Below are positions 1-12,105 of a stretch of 64,000 nucleotides of DNA, piece by piece; position 1 is the stretch's first letter, and each line of letters starts with the position of its first letter. The stretch lies in NCBI GenBank assembly GCA_964016885.1, contig OZ024747.1, positions 18,414,001 through 18,478,000 of the forward strand, written 5' to 3'. A program made the position numbers and the translations under genes. Origin of the DNA: Eledone cirrhosa (Eukaryota). The notes beneath the pieces are model-generated. The model was given only the letters and a program-made list of their open reading frames with translations, was not told the DNA's origin and searched no databases.

Positions 1-481
1 ACCCCCCTCGGACAGTCAGATCTGTCCTTATTTACCCCGTCACCTTTTTCTCATTACTTAATTTTGTTTTTATCTTACTTTTTCATATTTATGTAATTAT
101 CAATGGTTTTTCAGCCAACTTTCTGAGTGAAACACATGTATTGAGAATAAACACTTAATCTCTCCTGGCAATCAGAGAGAGTGTGTGTGTGTGTGCGCCC
201 TGGCTGCACCGCTTCTAGACACCTGAACAAGGTAGACATCAGTTGAACTGAGTGACTGACTGAGTGTTGGAATGGAATGACATGGCAGTTAATCCACAAT
301 GTTGTGGGAAGGGTAGTATGTTGACAAACTTCTCAGCTGTCAGAAGAAATGGGAGTAGTAAGTTAGTATAAGAAAGACAGTTAAGAGGAGGGAGTGGGAA
401 TCTCTGATAATACCTGCCTGTCTAGTGTTGCCTGACTACAATGCGGGAGTGTCAATTTATATCTTTGAAAGGAATAATTAA

Positions 482-700
482 CTCTTAACGTCCTGCACCT
501 CATGAAACCACATTGGCAAAATATTCTTGAAAAATACAAAAACTATACTATGACTGCATTACATCAAAAATTAAAGTCTTTGCTTTAGTTTACTGCACAT
601 TTTCACAGCAATCTGTCTACTAGTAAATATACTATAAACATTTGTATTAATAGACATATTTTTAGATATTTTCTGCTAAATCATTATAGGATGTTAAGAG
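482..700. mobile_element. piggyBac-type MITE
   Basis: TTAA on both sides (478-481, 701-704) and TIRs CTCTTAACGTCCT / AGGATGTTAAGAG. A related decayed copy lies at about 1277-1455. Confidence 0.7.
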
Positions 701-719
701 TTAAACACTTAAACACATA

Positions 720-1040
720 GGTGCAGGCATGGCTGAGTGGTTAATAACTTCATTTTGGAACCACTTGATTTTAGGTTCAATCCTACTGCATGGCACTTTG
801 GGAAAATGTCTTCCCTATTATGGCCTCAGGAACTGATAAATGCTTTGTGAGTGAATTTGGTAGATTAAACATATAAGGAATCCTGTTGTACACATGCACA
901 CATGTGATAACACTCAATACATTCTAGAAAGTGGTTAGTGATCTGAAGGGCATCCAGCTGTAGAAAAATTATCAAGCAAAGTCATGACAACCTCCCCAGT
1001 GGTGATGCCATGATAAAATGCACCCAATACACTCAGCTGA
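720..1040 (+). mobile_element. degenerate tRNA-derived SINE
   Basis: A-box-like TGGCTGAGTGG and B-box-like GGTTCAATCC, followed by a body that recurs in part at about 3995-4070. Confidence 0.55.
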
Positions 1041-1906
1041 GTGACATGATCACTGCTTAAAATATTCATAGTGAAATATAAAATACTGAAGTGGCTATGT
1101 AAAGGCTCCATCTTTAGCTCCTAATACTTAGTTTGTTGTTGCTTTTGTTTAGACCTAGGTCATTTCTGTTTAAATAGATATGTGATCAAAACTGTTCAAA
1201 CATTGATACCCACCCCTATCTTTTTAGGGGTATCTAGGTCTGCAATATCTAATGTAACATTTCCTTTAATTATGCTTAACATCTTCTACTGAATGACTAC
1301 ATTAACTTCTCAAAAAGTACAAAACCGCACTTTGACTGCATCACATTACAAATTGAAGATGTTTTTAGTCTAATACTGTAAAGTTTTAGTACGATCTGTC
1401 CACTAGTAATTGTTTTCAGGTATTTTCTGCTAAACCATTACAGAGTGTTGAGAGTAAAAAAGACAGTTAACCCTTCTTATACCAAATCACTTGGAATACC
1501 CTCAGTTTTATTATGGAAAACTGCTCATTTTAAAGTGTTCATACTTATATTAAAATCTTCCATCATAATTTTATGTAAGAACTTTTGTTAAGTTATGCTC
1601 CAAACATCAGCTTAATAATGAGAAAATTGATTATGTTATTAAACTCCTCCAAATTCTTGATTATTTTTAAATGTCACATCCTTGATATTCCGCTTAATCA
1701 AAACAAGGAAGGTTGAGAGGTTGTCTGTGTCTGCTTGTGACTGTTATAGGGACTTATAACCCTTAGTGAAAGCATGGTACATACTATCAAATCATACTCT
1801 GTAGTGAGAGATGTGTGTAGTTTTGTAGTTTTAGTTATTCATTAGAAATATGGTAATGAAAGAGTTAAAGAATAACAAATTCTTCTTCATATTTTATCTG
1901 AATTAG

Positions 1907-1982
1907 GAACTTGGTGAAGATGTTTTATACAGCAGGATTGTTGTTTGATGTGTTGGCTGTCTTTGGAGAAATAGATGAAGAA
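1907..1982 (+). CDS. VTA1: VTA1 internal exon (MIT2 region; NLVKMFYTAGLLFDVLAVFGEIDEE)
   Basis: AG acceptor at 1905-1906 and GTGAGT donor at 1983. The translation resembles the metazoan VTA1/LIP5 'FYTA.LL.DV..FGE' segment, and the phase is compatible with the next exon. Upstream exons are outside the window or not recognised. Confidence 0.88.
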
Positions 1983-2179
1983 GTGAGTTATTTTGAAGTT
2001 CAGTTCTACTGTTTTTTTTCGTAAACATTACTATTTTACTGTTTTACCTGTTCCAGCCATAGGCAAGGCTGTTTGTTTCGAGCATTTTACTCTCCCATCC
2101 TAACAGTCTCTGAGGTCATATAAAAATCATGACTGAGCTAAATATAAAAAAAGAGCTTCAACTTTTGTTTTTAGCTTAA

Positions 2180-2391
2180 CCCTTTAGCATTCACATTACT
2201 CTATATTTAGTATTGTATTTTCACAGTAAAGGCTTTATCTCACATAATTGTCTCCCATAATATCGAATCTATGAGATTTTGATATTATTTATTTTGAGAA
2301 CAATACCTTAATGTCAATATGAAGGGCTGGTTATGGCCAGTTTGAATAGAAAGAGGTGAGAGAATTCTGGCCGGATATGACCGGTTTAAAT
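2180..2391. mobile_element. piggyBac-type MITE, truncated copy of the 12183-12399 element
   Basis: Starts TTAA-CCCTTTAGCATT and aligns along its length to 12183-12399; the right TIR is incomplete. Confidence 0.65.
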
Positions 2392-3159
2392 AATAACAAA
2401 ATATTAATTGAATTTAACAAAAAAAGGAAAGGTGCTGATTGTCAGAAGCACTATTTCCATTGGTCATTCTATTGCTAATAATATCTGCCAGTCATAACTC
2501 CTGGCAGAAAGAGGAACATTTGAATTTTGAGCACACAGAGCCAGATCAGTTGCCACTAATCCACTGTTCTTGGACTGGTATTTTATTTATTGATCCCAAA
2601 AGTTGTCCTCTATGGGATTTGAACACAGAGTGCAGTGATCTGGAACAAATAATCTGAGACCCTAATGTCTCTGCCAATTTGTTGCCATACATAACAACAT
2701 TTTCCTAATATGGGTTTATACATATAATCCTCTAATGAAAGTCTCTACTCCAAAATGATATTATTGATACTTTTCTTCCTAATTGGAAAATAAAGCTTCA
2801 GCATTTCAACACCATTCAAGTCGGTTTTTAGCAACTCCTTAAGCTTTGCTCTTTGTAAGATGCATTTCTCTCAGCTTGCTTTCAACTGTTTTATACCAAG
2901 TGTTTTTTGACCATCTAGGTTTACCCTTATCAACTTATGTTTATATTACTGCTATCTTTTATCTCCCGTCCTTGTCCATTCTGAGTGTGTGGTCTAGTCA
3001 CCTGAGCTGCCATCATTTTATTTCAAGGACCACACTATTGCAACTAATTTTGCAGTTAAGCTACTCATTTAATACTTTGTTGGGCCACAAGATGTAGCAG
3101 GTGTCTTTCTTCTTTCTTCCAGGGTTTCTTATAGTAAATATATTCTTTCTACATTGTAG

Positions 3160-3262
3160 ATTGAGAAGAACAAAAAATATGCCAAATGGAAAGCAGCATA
3201 TATTCACAAGTGTTTGAAGAATGGTGAAACTCCTATTGCAGGACCAATCCCTGATAAAACAG
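3160..3262 (+). CDS. VTA1: VTA1 exon (IEKNKKYAKWKAAYIHKCLKNGETPIAGP)
   Basis: TGTAG acceptor and GTAATA donor. Contains the hallmark KYAKWKA.YI..CLKNGETP..GP motif at the end of the VTA1 MIT domains. Confidence 0.93.
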
Positions 3263-3505
3263 GTAATATTCATTATTTCAGTTTTTTTTTTCCTTTCTTT
3301 TCTTACTGCTTAATTAGCAAAGGGAAAATCAGTATCCATGACCCTTTTCAGAACCTCCAAAAATGGAATATACTAGTAAGATATGATTTTCTTATCTGTT
3401 TAGCTTCTTATGATGATGATCCATCCAAATGATGTCAACAAATGTAAAATGATGATAATGTCAAAAGGAAATTTTCTGAAATTATGTTCTTTTTCTGGTT
3501 TTCAG

Positions 3506-3781
3506 AAGATGAGGATGATATTAACCAACCACCTATTGTATTAAACAATGCTAATCAATCCGGTCCAAGTGGAGAAGAGAATGCTGCTGCACCAGATCCT
3601 AATATGGGCTTAAGTGAAAATGAACCGTCCCACAACCAGCAACCAGACAGGTTGCAGAAGCCCCCATCAGGTTCAATGGCACCACCTACCACTCCACAAG
3701 ACAGCATCTATGGTAACAATGCTGTTTCTAATGCAGGAGGAACAACAATGTACACTCCATGGAAACCACCAGAAAATCCAG
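3506..3781 (+). CDS. VTA1: VTA1 exon encoding the Pro/Asn/Gln-rich linker
   Basis: TTTCAG acceptor and GTGAGA donor. Phase 1 at both ends matches the flanking exons. A low-complexity linker is expected between the MIT and VSL domains. Confidence 0.85.
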
Positions 3782-4677
3782 GTGAGAATTTTTAATACGT
3801 TATTTTTCTACTAGTCTCCATGAGCCAGTGAGGGAACACCTATATTAGCAAAATTAGCCACACATTACCTAACTGCCTTCTTAAAAATGGAAGAGTACAT
3901 TGAATAATGTACATTGTTCCTGAAAACAAATGATAAATATGAACTTAAATACTACAGGTATAGACACAAAATAATGGAAAAATTGACAAATTTGTTTATG
4001 GTTGTGTGGTTGGGAAGTTTGCTTTGCAATCCTGTGGTTTCAGGTTCCTATAGCCTTGAGTTAGATAAGTCTTGACTGTACATCAAAGGATCTAAGAGAT
4101 GTTCACTTTGCTTAAATGAGAAATCCTGGATAATACATACCTGAACACTAAGGTATTTAACGGTTGCCTGCATCTAAAACCCCACCTTATATCTGCATGG
4201 GAAAATACAGGCTCAGATATCATCACATAGCCAATATGTATCCACCTTAATCCACTGTGTTTAACTTAATAGCATCACCTGGTGAAGTTTTTCAGATCAT
4301 GATTTGTATCTCAGTTATATTTTAGATACTATGGCCAACTCCAGTAAAAAGTTTGTTTCTGGAGACATATCCAGATGTAGGGGGTTTATTCGGAATTTCT
4401 TATAAAAAATGTATGTATATATATATATATATATCTGTATATGTATATATGTATTCACCTTTACTTGTTCTAGCTCTTATAGCTGTAGCCATGCTGGGGT
4501 ATCAATATTATTGCTACACTTTCCATAGTCAAACTACCTGCTCTAATTACTGGTATGGGACAAGTGTATGTCATCAGGCTACAGCTGTTATATTATGTAG
4601 TTTCTATATCATCATCATGTCTATTTTTGATGCTTTCATGAGGTTTACCTCATATATTCATATTTTTAATATTTCAG

Positions 4678-4826
4678 CTGGCGTAACTCTTACCACCCAA
4701 GACTATCAAAAAGCCATGAAGCTATGCAAATTTGCCAGCAGTGCTCTGCAGTATGAAGATTCTAAAACAGCCATTGATAACCTCCAGAAAGCTTTAACTT
4801 TGTTGACCAGTGGACAAGAATATTAA
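4678..4826 (+). CDS. VTA1: VTA1 terminal exon, VSL (VPS4-binding) domain
   Basis: TTTCAG acceptor. Translation DYQKAMKLCKFASSALQYEDSKTAIDNLQKALTLLT matches the conserved C-terminal VSL motif; TAA stop at 4824-4826. Confidence 0.95.
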
Positions 4827-5089
4827 CCCTTCCCTCCTCTCCACCTCAATTTCTGAGCTTACAGAAGATACCAACAACAGCAACAAAAATACATTATTAT
4901 TATTATTTTATTATTATTATGATTATTATAATTATCATCATCAACATTGATTATTGTTGTTTATGACAGAGTATTTGTTACTATTTTTTGTTATTTATGT
5001 TTTATAATATTATTTATTATTATAAAGAAATCATCATTAAAAATTATTATTATTTTTATTATTATTATTATTACTATTATTGTTAAGTT

Positions 5090-5680
5090 GGTAGATTAGC
5101 AGAATCATTAGAGTGTAAAAAAAATGCTTTGCATTATTTGTTCTGACTTTTTACATTCTGAATTCAAATCCTGTCATGGTTAACTTTGCCTTTCATCCCT
5201 CCAAGGTTGATAAAATAAAGTACCAGTCAAGTACTGGGGTTGGTATAATCGACTTTCCTCTTCTCCCAAATTGCTGGCTTTGTGCTTAAATCAGAAATCA
5301 TTATTAGGAAGCTGCAGTAGAGGTAGACCAAGGAACACCTGGGTGGAGGTGGTAAGAGCTGATCTCAAATCGCTGAGACTCACAGAGCGGATGAAGAAAG
5401 AATGCAACGAGTGGACAAATGATGTGCTGAAAAGGACTAGTCCAACCCATGCAAGCATGGAAAAATGGATGTACAGATGATGATAGGGTGGTGGATTGGC
5501 AGAATAATTATAGCATCAGACAAATTTGTTTACAATCCAAGTTCAAATCCCACTAAGGTGAACTTTGCATTTCACCTTTCTAAGGCCAATAAAATATCAG
5601 TTAAGTTCTAGGGATCGTTTCATTGATTAACCCTTCTCTTCAAATTCTGGCCTTGTGCCTATGTCAGAAACAATTATTAA
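5090..5680 (+). mobile_element. two tRNA-derived SINE copies (dominant family) flanking a short RTE 3' fragment
   Basis: Family core AACTTTGCCTTTCATCC..GATAAAATAAAGTACCAG. The fragment at about 5310-5480 translates to RGRPRNTWVEVVRADL, a typical RTE C-terminus. Confidence 0.65.
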
Positions 5681-6759
5681 ACGAAGGGAGGTTGGATTGG
5701 AAGAGTTGGTAAAACAACAGACTTTCATCATCATCATTTAGTGTGTTTTTCCTGCTGGCAACAGTTGGATGGGTCTTCACAGACTGAGTACTCAAGCAAG
5801 GTTACTGACCTCTCAGATTGACCGGGGACTTGCATCTTGCTTACATACAATCCCACAGTCTACCAAATGCAATTTATCATGGCACCAACACTAGGGAGGT
5901 TGTTATATCTTCGACGCATCTGAAAGGTCCTCTCAACCCTTTATTTACGCAGGTCTTCTACAGCTGGATGCTAGTCCTACCTCCAACCAATTTACAGAGT
6001 GTGCTAGGTGCATTTTATTGTGACATCACTAGGGAGTTTGTTATGTCTTTGATACAACTGAGGAGTCCTTCCAACACTTTGTTTGGCAAACTTTCTCTGG
6101 CTGGATGCTCTTCTTATCATCAATCTTTTTACAGCATATACTTGATGAATTTATCATTGCAGATCACCAACTTTAGAGAGGTTGTCATGCCACTGACGCA
6201 ACTAAAAAATCCTCTCAATCATTTTTGGCATGGTTTCTACAGCAGCGTGCCCTTTCTATCACCAATCACCTTACAGGGTGTAATAGGTGCATTTTTCATG
6301 GCACCAACACTAGAGAGGTTGTTTTTTATTGTCTGAACTGAAGAGCCCTCTCTATCCTACAGGGGGAGGGTTGAGAAGGAAAATAAGTATGATGTTATGG
6401 ATGTATGACAAATGTGGTGTGATTTGAAAGGGTGATGTGTAGGAGGGGAAGGGTTACTTTGGATAGTGTTTGGGGGCAGGGTACTGGCCAGTATATCAGG
6501 ATTTTAGAGAGGCGATGGAGAGAATAGTTAGTGAAGAGTGATAATAGAGGAGGGGTGCACAGGGATGATGAGAATAGCTATTAAAGAGTGATAGTGAAGG
6601 GGGGGGGGACACGTAGCATGAATGAGGTTGGGTAGTACAGTGCTGGTGAGAATAGCTAATGAGTGATAGTGGAGGATGAGTGGTACATCAATAGGTCAGG
6701 TCATATTTGATACTGGTAGGCAGATCTTCAGTACAGCATAGTTTCAATTCTCATGGTTC

Positions 6760-7113
6760 TTTGTCATATATCTTATAAGGTTGATCTTCTTAAGATTAGT
6801 CTTCATTACCTCATCCCAAGTCTTCTTAGGTTTGCCTCTTCCAGGGGTCCCAACAACTGAGATTTCTCTGCATTTCTTTACACTGGTATCATCTTCCATG
6901 TGAGTCGATACCAATGCATTCTTCTATCTTAAACAACATCCAGTTCTTCTTATGTCAAATTTTTCTCTCAGTTTGCTTATGCTACGTTGTTCATGCACAC
7001 TAATATTACACATCCATCGAAGCATTCTTGCTTCATTTCTTTCTAACCTTCACAGGTTTTCTGCAGTCAAGGCCCATGTCTCTGCCATGTAGCATTGCAG
7101 TTTGCATGCATAC
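6760..7113 (-). mobile_element. old RTE-clade LINE, 3' part (interrupted by the CR1 insertion)
   Basis: Minus strand gives TAMLHG..ETWAL, RLERNEARMLRWMC and GRGKPKKTW, all RTE C-terminal motifs; frameshifted. Confidence 0.75.
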
Positions 7114-8011
7114 ACAACAAAGACCGAAGATCGTGTCTTCTACCATTGTTCCTGAACAACAACAACAAAAACCGAGGATCGTGTCTTCCTCTACCATTGT
7201 CGCTGAACAACAGCAAAAACCAACGACCGTAGCTTCTGCTACTACCCCCGTTGAAGGACTTCATCAACAACAGCAACCCATGTCTTCCTCACCCGTTACT
7301 TTTCAACAACAACAACCGACGACTGTGTCTTCTACCATTCCTGTTGAAGGAGAAGAACAACAACAAAAACCGACCGTCAATACGGAGTTTGAGGAAATAC
7401 GGCAAATGATTTCCGCTTTAAGTCAAGAAATAGCGGAAATAAAATCAAGCGTTCGTGTAGAACCCCACAATGAGGGATCTTACCGGAGTGCCTTGTTAAA
7501 AAATCTCCGCGTACCTCATGTTGAACCTAGACGCATTGAGAATGCCACTGAATCTGCAAACCACGAAGTGATTGCCATTGGTGTGCCGGAAGACATAGTT
7601 GATCTTCAGGCATTTGCTACCAGTTCATCCAAAGACCTGGGCTGTGCTCCCGCAAAGGGTGCTCTACGCCTTGGCCGACCAGGCCCGAAACCCAGGTTAA
7701 TTAGACTGTCGTTTTCAAACTCGGCTGAGGCACGTTCATACCTTGTAGCCTCTGATAAAGCTAGGCGTGAAAGTCGGATTGCTTTCCGAACACGTCCTGG
7801 TCTTCCACCTGATGTCCGCCCAAAGTTGCGTGCTGCAGCTTCCCTAAACCGCAGCTCGGCAGAACATGAAAGCTTCAGCCTACGAGATGATGGGCAGATA
7901 TGGAGGTTTGTTAAGGCTGGCGAATCATGGAAAAGAGACACCAGCTGGTCTGAAAACAGTGTACCCACAACAACTGACAATAAAGAAACTGAAAAAACTC
8001 TGGGAAACTAA
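7114..8011 (+). CDS. LINE ORF1 (5'-truncated): Gln-rich repeats, coiled coil, RRM-like C-terminal region
   Basis: Repeats of QQQQKP..VSST, then EFEEIRQMISALSQEIAEIK (coiled coil), and VIAIGVPE...RLG...PRLIRLSF typical of CR1/L2-group ORF1; ends LGN-stop. Confidence 0.75.
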
Positions 8012-10830
8012 ATCAGAACAACCTGCCATCCCCTGCACATAATCATAGACTGGAATCAAAGTACAAACTGTTGTCCTTGAATGCACGTAGTCTATGCAAT
8101 AAGATTCATCTTTTTGACTCCTACGTCAAAAGTATCAACCCGGACTTCATTACAGTCACGGAAACTTGGGCACATCCCTTACTCTGTGATGGGGTTTTCA
8201 GCATGACTGGCTACAACCTGTTTCGTAAAGACCGTATTGATCGTCGTGGTGGTGGTGTAATGGTCTACGTACGGTCAAAACTGTCGGCAATTCCTTGTGC
8301 TGATTTGAACCAATCACAGCAGGAAGTTTTTTTCTGCGATATACGTATGACCATGTCAACACTGCTACTTGGAGTCGTTTACCGTCCCCCAAATTACCAT
8401 CAGGACACTCAACTTTGTGATATCCTCAGAGCTGCTGCCAGGAAGACAGCCACTTATGTTTTCATTGCAGGTGACTTCAATCACCCTGAGATTGACTGGG
8501 AGACCTTTCGTTGGCCGCCAAGTGCAAATGACTTCCTTGAGCTGGTGCTGGACTCGAGTTGGTCCCAGGTGGTCACCTCCCCAACGAGAGGTGACAACAC
8601 TTTGGACCTACTCTTCACCACTACTCCTGAAACGGTCATTAGTGTTACTGCTGAGGAACCTTTAGGTGACTCTGATCATGCTATGATCATTGCCAATCTA
8701 TCCCTCATGGGCAGTAACAAGAACCACAACCATCTCCAAACTGCTCACTTTGACTGGAATAGAGCAGACTGGAACTGTTACTGCACCGAGTTGCAACGGC
8801 CAAACTGGCTTGAGTTCTATGACTCTGGAGATGTCAACACTGTACTCCAGAACATCCTGAGCTCAATATGGACAGCATGTGCAGCATCGGTGCCACGTAA
8901 GCGGAAAAAACATCCTAAAAGCGCAATTTGGGAGACTGCAGCAGTCCGTCTTGCCAGAAAAGAACGGCGCAATGCTGAACGTGAGTACAAACTTCACAAA
9001 TCAGACATTAATAGGAAGAGGCGAAATAGATCGTCCAACCACCTCAAACAGGTGACAAAAAAGGCAGTGCTTCAATTTGAGCAGCGCATAGCAACCAGCC
9101 CTGACAGTAAGGTGTTCTGGAAGTATGTTCACTCAAAGCAGAGGCCTCACTCTCCAGTTGGTCCTCTTCGCAATCCCCACACAAGCCAGGTTACTGACGA
9201 CCCCAAGGAATGCGCAGAGCTCATTGCTGAATGCTATGCAGGCATTTTCACCATTGAAGACCAGAGTGTACCATCTCCACCACCTATGACACCGGACTCT
9301 ATTACAACCATGGAATTTACACCTGCAATGCTGCGACGTCACCTAAAAAATAAACGCAACCATGCCTCTCCTGGTCTTGATGGTGTTACGTACCTGCTTC
9401 TTAAACGTGGTGGGTACTTCCTTCTACACCAGTTATCACGCTTCTTCCAATTCTGTCTGAACAACAGTGCTACTCCAGAACAGTGGAAAACTGCCAGTGT
9501 AATTCCTCTGTTCAAAAAGGGTGACCGCACATCATCTGTGAACTATCGTCCAGTCAGTCTTACTAGTTGCATCGCCAAACTGATGGAATCCTGTGTCAGA
9601 GAAACACTTTGGAACTTCTGGAGCTCTCACAGTCTTATCCGGCCTTCGCAATTTGGATTTATCCCCAACTCCAGCTGCTGTGATCAACTTATAGAGTTTC
9701 TTGAGGACATCACCCGGATCACTGATGGCGGCTCATGGGTGGATGTTGTTTACCTTGACTTTGCGAAGGCCTTCAATTCTGTGCCGCACAAAAGGCTTAT
9801 GGCAAAACTCTCTGCAATGGGTGTGAAGGATGATCTTTTTAACTGGTTGAAGTCCTTCATTCTCAGTCGAAGAGAGGTAGTCACGGTTCTGGGACAGCAT
9901 TCCTCACCATATGAGATGTCATCTGGTGTACCTCAGGGATCTGTTCTTGGCCCCCTTTTGTTTGTGGCATATATTAATGACATAGATGCCAACTTAAGGA
10001 ATGCCACAGTACTAAAGTACGCAGACGACATCAAGCTGTACCTTGAGATAAAAAGGACAGATCCTGAACACTATAGATCTTGCTTGCAGTCTGACCTGGA
10101 CACAATGCAACAGTGGATCTCAGACTGGCAACTCAAGCTAGCTGTGGACAAGTGCACCACCATGCATTTTGGGAGTAAAAACCCAGCGTCCACATATTCC
10201 CTCCACAGCACTAATATCAAGAAGTCTTCCTGTGAACGTGACCTGGGCATTACGGTCAGCAGCGATTTGCGTTGGACGAGGCACGTCTCTAAAATTGTCA
10301 AGAGGGCCGAGGGTGTCTTAGCATCACTCAGCAAGACCTTTGTCAGCCGCTCTCCAGATATCTATTTAAGGCTGTATACAGCTATGGTGCGACCACACTT
10401 AGAATTTGCATCACCAGTCTGGAACCCCTATCTTGCTCAGGACATTGACCGCCTGGAAACTGTTCAGAGACGTGCAACCAAGCGAATACCCTCCATCAGG
10501 CATCTACCATACTCTGATCGCCTTGCTTCCCTGGGCATGGATTCATTGAAGCTCCGACGCCTGGCAACTGACTTGGTAAACACCCACAAAATTGTTAACC
10601 ATGTTGCCAACAACAACCCTGAGTGCCTTTTCGATTTCCATGTGTCTAACACACGTGGACATGCCCACAAAGTAAGAAAACAGCACAGTTCCCATGACTT
10701 TCGGAAACATTTTTTCACGCTCAGAGTTGCTGAAGCATGGAACAAACTACCTGCATCAGTTGTTAGCTGTCGAGACGCTGCATCCGTTAAGGCCTCCATG
10801 CTTCCCGAGATCCGCCAACACTACAGCTAA
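7993..10830 (+). CDS. LINE ORF2: AP endonuclease + reverse transcriptase
   Basis: APE motifs LNARSL, VTETW, GGGV, GDFN, LDL, SDH. RT motifs NYRPVSLTS, QFGF, YLDFAKAF, GVPQGSVLGPLLF, YADD. The frame is open from 7993 with no ATG before the first APE motifs. Confidence 0.93.
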   Translation, partial: KNSGKLNQNNLPSPAHNHRLESKYKLLSLNARSLCNKIHLFDSYVKSINPDFITVTETWAHPLLCDGVFSMTGYNLFRKDRIDRRGGGVMVYVRSKLSAIPCADLNQSQQEVFFCDIRMTMSTLLLGVVYRPPNYHQDTQLCDILRAAARKTATYVFIAGDFNHPEIDWETFRWPPSANDFLELVLDSSWSQVVTSPTRGDNTLDLLFTTTPETVISVTAEEPLGDSDHAMIIANLSLMGSNKNHNHLQTAHFDWNRADWNCYCTELQRPNWLEFYDSGDVNTVLQNILSSIWTACAASVPRKRKKHPKSAIWETAAVRLARKERRNAEREYKLHKSDINRKRRNRSSNHLKQVTKKAVLQFEQRIATSPDSKVFWKYVHSKQRPHSPVGPLRNPHTSQVTDDPKECAELIAECYAGIFTIEDQSVPSPPPMTPDSITTMEFTPAMLRRHLKNKRNHASPGLDGVTYLLLKRGGYFLLHQLSRFFQFCLNNSATPEQWKTASVIPLFKKGDRTSSVNYRPVSLTSCIAKLMESCVRETLWNFWSSHSLIRPSQFGFIPNSSCCDQLIEFLEDITRITDGGSWVDVVYLDFAKAFNSVPHKRLMAKLSAMGVKDDLFNWLKSFILSRREVVTVLGQHSSPYEMSSGVPQGSVLGPLLFVAYINDIDANLRNATVLKYADDIKLYLEIKRTDPEHYRSCLQSDLDTMQQWISDWQLKLAVDKCTTMHFGSKNPASTYSLHSTNIKKSSCERDLGITVSSDLRWTRHVSKIVKRAEGVLASLSKTFVSRSPDIYLRLYTAMVRPHLEFASPVWNPYLAQDIDRLETVQRRATKRIPSIRHLPYSDRLASLGMDSLKLRRLATDLVNTHKIVNHVANNNPECLFDFHVSNTRGHAHKVRKQHSSHDFRKHFFTLRVAEAWNKLPASVVSCRDAASVKASMLPEIRQHYS

Positions 10831-10940
10831 CACATACAAACATGTACTTCCCTGGCATTTGTGTATTATTCTATGTACTATATTGACGAGTTGTAGTGCA
10901 CCTGAGCACTTTACACAATAATTTCATTATTATTATTATT

Positions 10941-11470
10941 ATATAGTCTACCTTTCCATGTTGAGAGAGAAGCCCTTTGTTGTCAGCAGAGGTACCAACT
11001 CTCTAAACTTTTTCCAGCCTGTTCTTACACTTGGCTATCACACTTTCAGAGCATCCTCCGCTACTGTGATTAAGTTACCTAGGTAACAAAAGCTGTCAAC
11101 AACTTCTAAGGAGCCTCTCCCTCAATTGTGGGAATCTATTTCACATGTGCTCTTAGTGTTTACTTCTGTGCTTTTACTACATACAAAGTCTCTTCTCTTT
11201 TAACCTGCCTATAATCCCACTACATCACTTGCGCATCCATAGATTATGGTGTCAAGACCATATGGAATTTTTGTCCAAACCTGTTCAGCATATCGAGCAA
11301 GGCCACTTCCCTCATGGTATCAACTTCCTATTCTCTTCCCTACTTAAGACTTTTATCTTTGTAAAGTTTACTTTTAGGCCTTTTTGACTCTAGGTTTTTC
11401 TTCCATACTTAGAATTTTGCCTCTAACTCTCCCATGGATTCAGCTATAAGGACTAGGTCATCAGCATAGT
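10941..11470 (-). mobile_element. old RTE-clade LINE, upstream part
   Basis: Minus strand gives GWKKFRELVPLLTTKGFSL..KGRLY, FCYLG and YADD-like remnants. Directly continuous with 6760-7113 once the CR1 is removed. Confidence 0.75.
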
Positions 11471-11669
11471 TATGGCTTGAAGTACAATGATAGACTGAAG
11501 TAGACTGAGTCTGATTCAGAAATCAGACCAAAAGTCATATTGCCCATCAGCTGAACACACTAACCACTTGGCTGCACACATTCATATTACTACTACTACT
11601 ACTACTACTGCTACTGCTGCTGCTGCTGCTACTACTACTACTACTACTACTACAACAACAATAAGGGTG

Positions 11670-12105
11670 TTAGATTGGCAGTCATTAGAGTGTTGGACAA
11701 AAAGCTTTGCAACATTTATTCTAGCTCTTTACATTCTTAGTTCAAATCCCACCAAGGTCAACTTTGTCTTGCATCCTTCCGGGGTCAATAAAATACCAGT
11801 AACATATTGTGGTTGATATAATTGACTTTCCCCTTCCCCCAAATTGCTGGCTTCGTGCCAATGTTAGAAAGGATTATTATTAGGATGGTGGATTGGCAGA
11901 ATCGGTAGAGTGTCAGACAAAATGCTTTGTGGCATTTTGTTATGACCCTTTACATTCTGAGTTCAAATACCAGTGAGACTAACTTTGCCTTTCATCCATC
12001 CGAAATTGATAAAATGAAATACCAGTTAAACACTGAGGTCAATATAATCAACTTTCCCCTCCTCTTATAAATTGTTGGCCTTGTGCCTAAATTAGAAATC
12101 ATCAT
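11670..12105 (+). mobile_element. tandem pair of tRNA-derived SINEs
   Basis: Two consecutive copies, each with GATTGGCAG (A box), GTTCAAAT (B box) and the GCCTTTCATCC..GATAAAAT..TACCAG core. Confidence 0.75.

Larger units (their letters stand above)
7114..10940 (+). mobile_element. young CR1-group LINE, 5'-truncated in ORF1, with intact ORF2 and (ATT)n tail
   Basis: ORF1 remnant, uninterrupted APE-RT ORF2, short 3' UTR and (ATT)n tail at 10926-10940. The host RTE reading frame rejoins across both junctions. Confidence 0.9.

Noticed and set aside
4353-4677. N-terminal hydrophobic part of the 157-aa ORF
   Set aside because: Intronic; VTA1 homology begins only after the acceptor at 4677.
5818-6336. 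172-aa ORF
   Set aside because: It overlaps three decayed tandem copies of a repeat (GGTTTCTACAGCTGGATG..CTTTACAGAGTGT..GGTGCATTT, also at about 14670-14745) and has no recognisable domain.
7028-7113. Supplied start of the 327-aa ORF
   Set aside because: This stretch is antisense RTE sequence. The LINE ORF1 is 5'-truncated at about 7114, and the upstream open frame is fortuitous.
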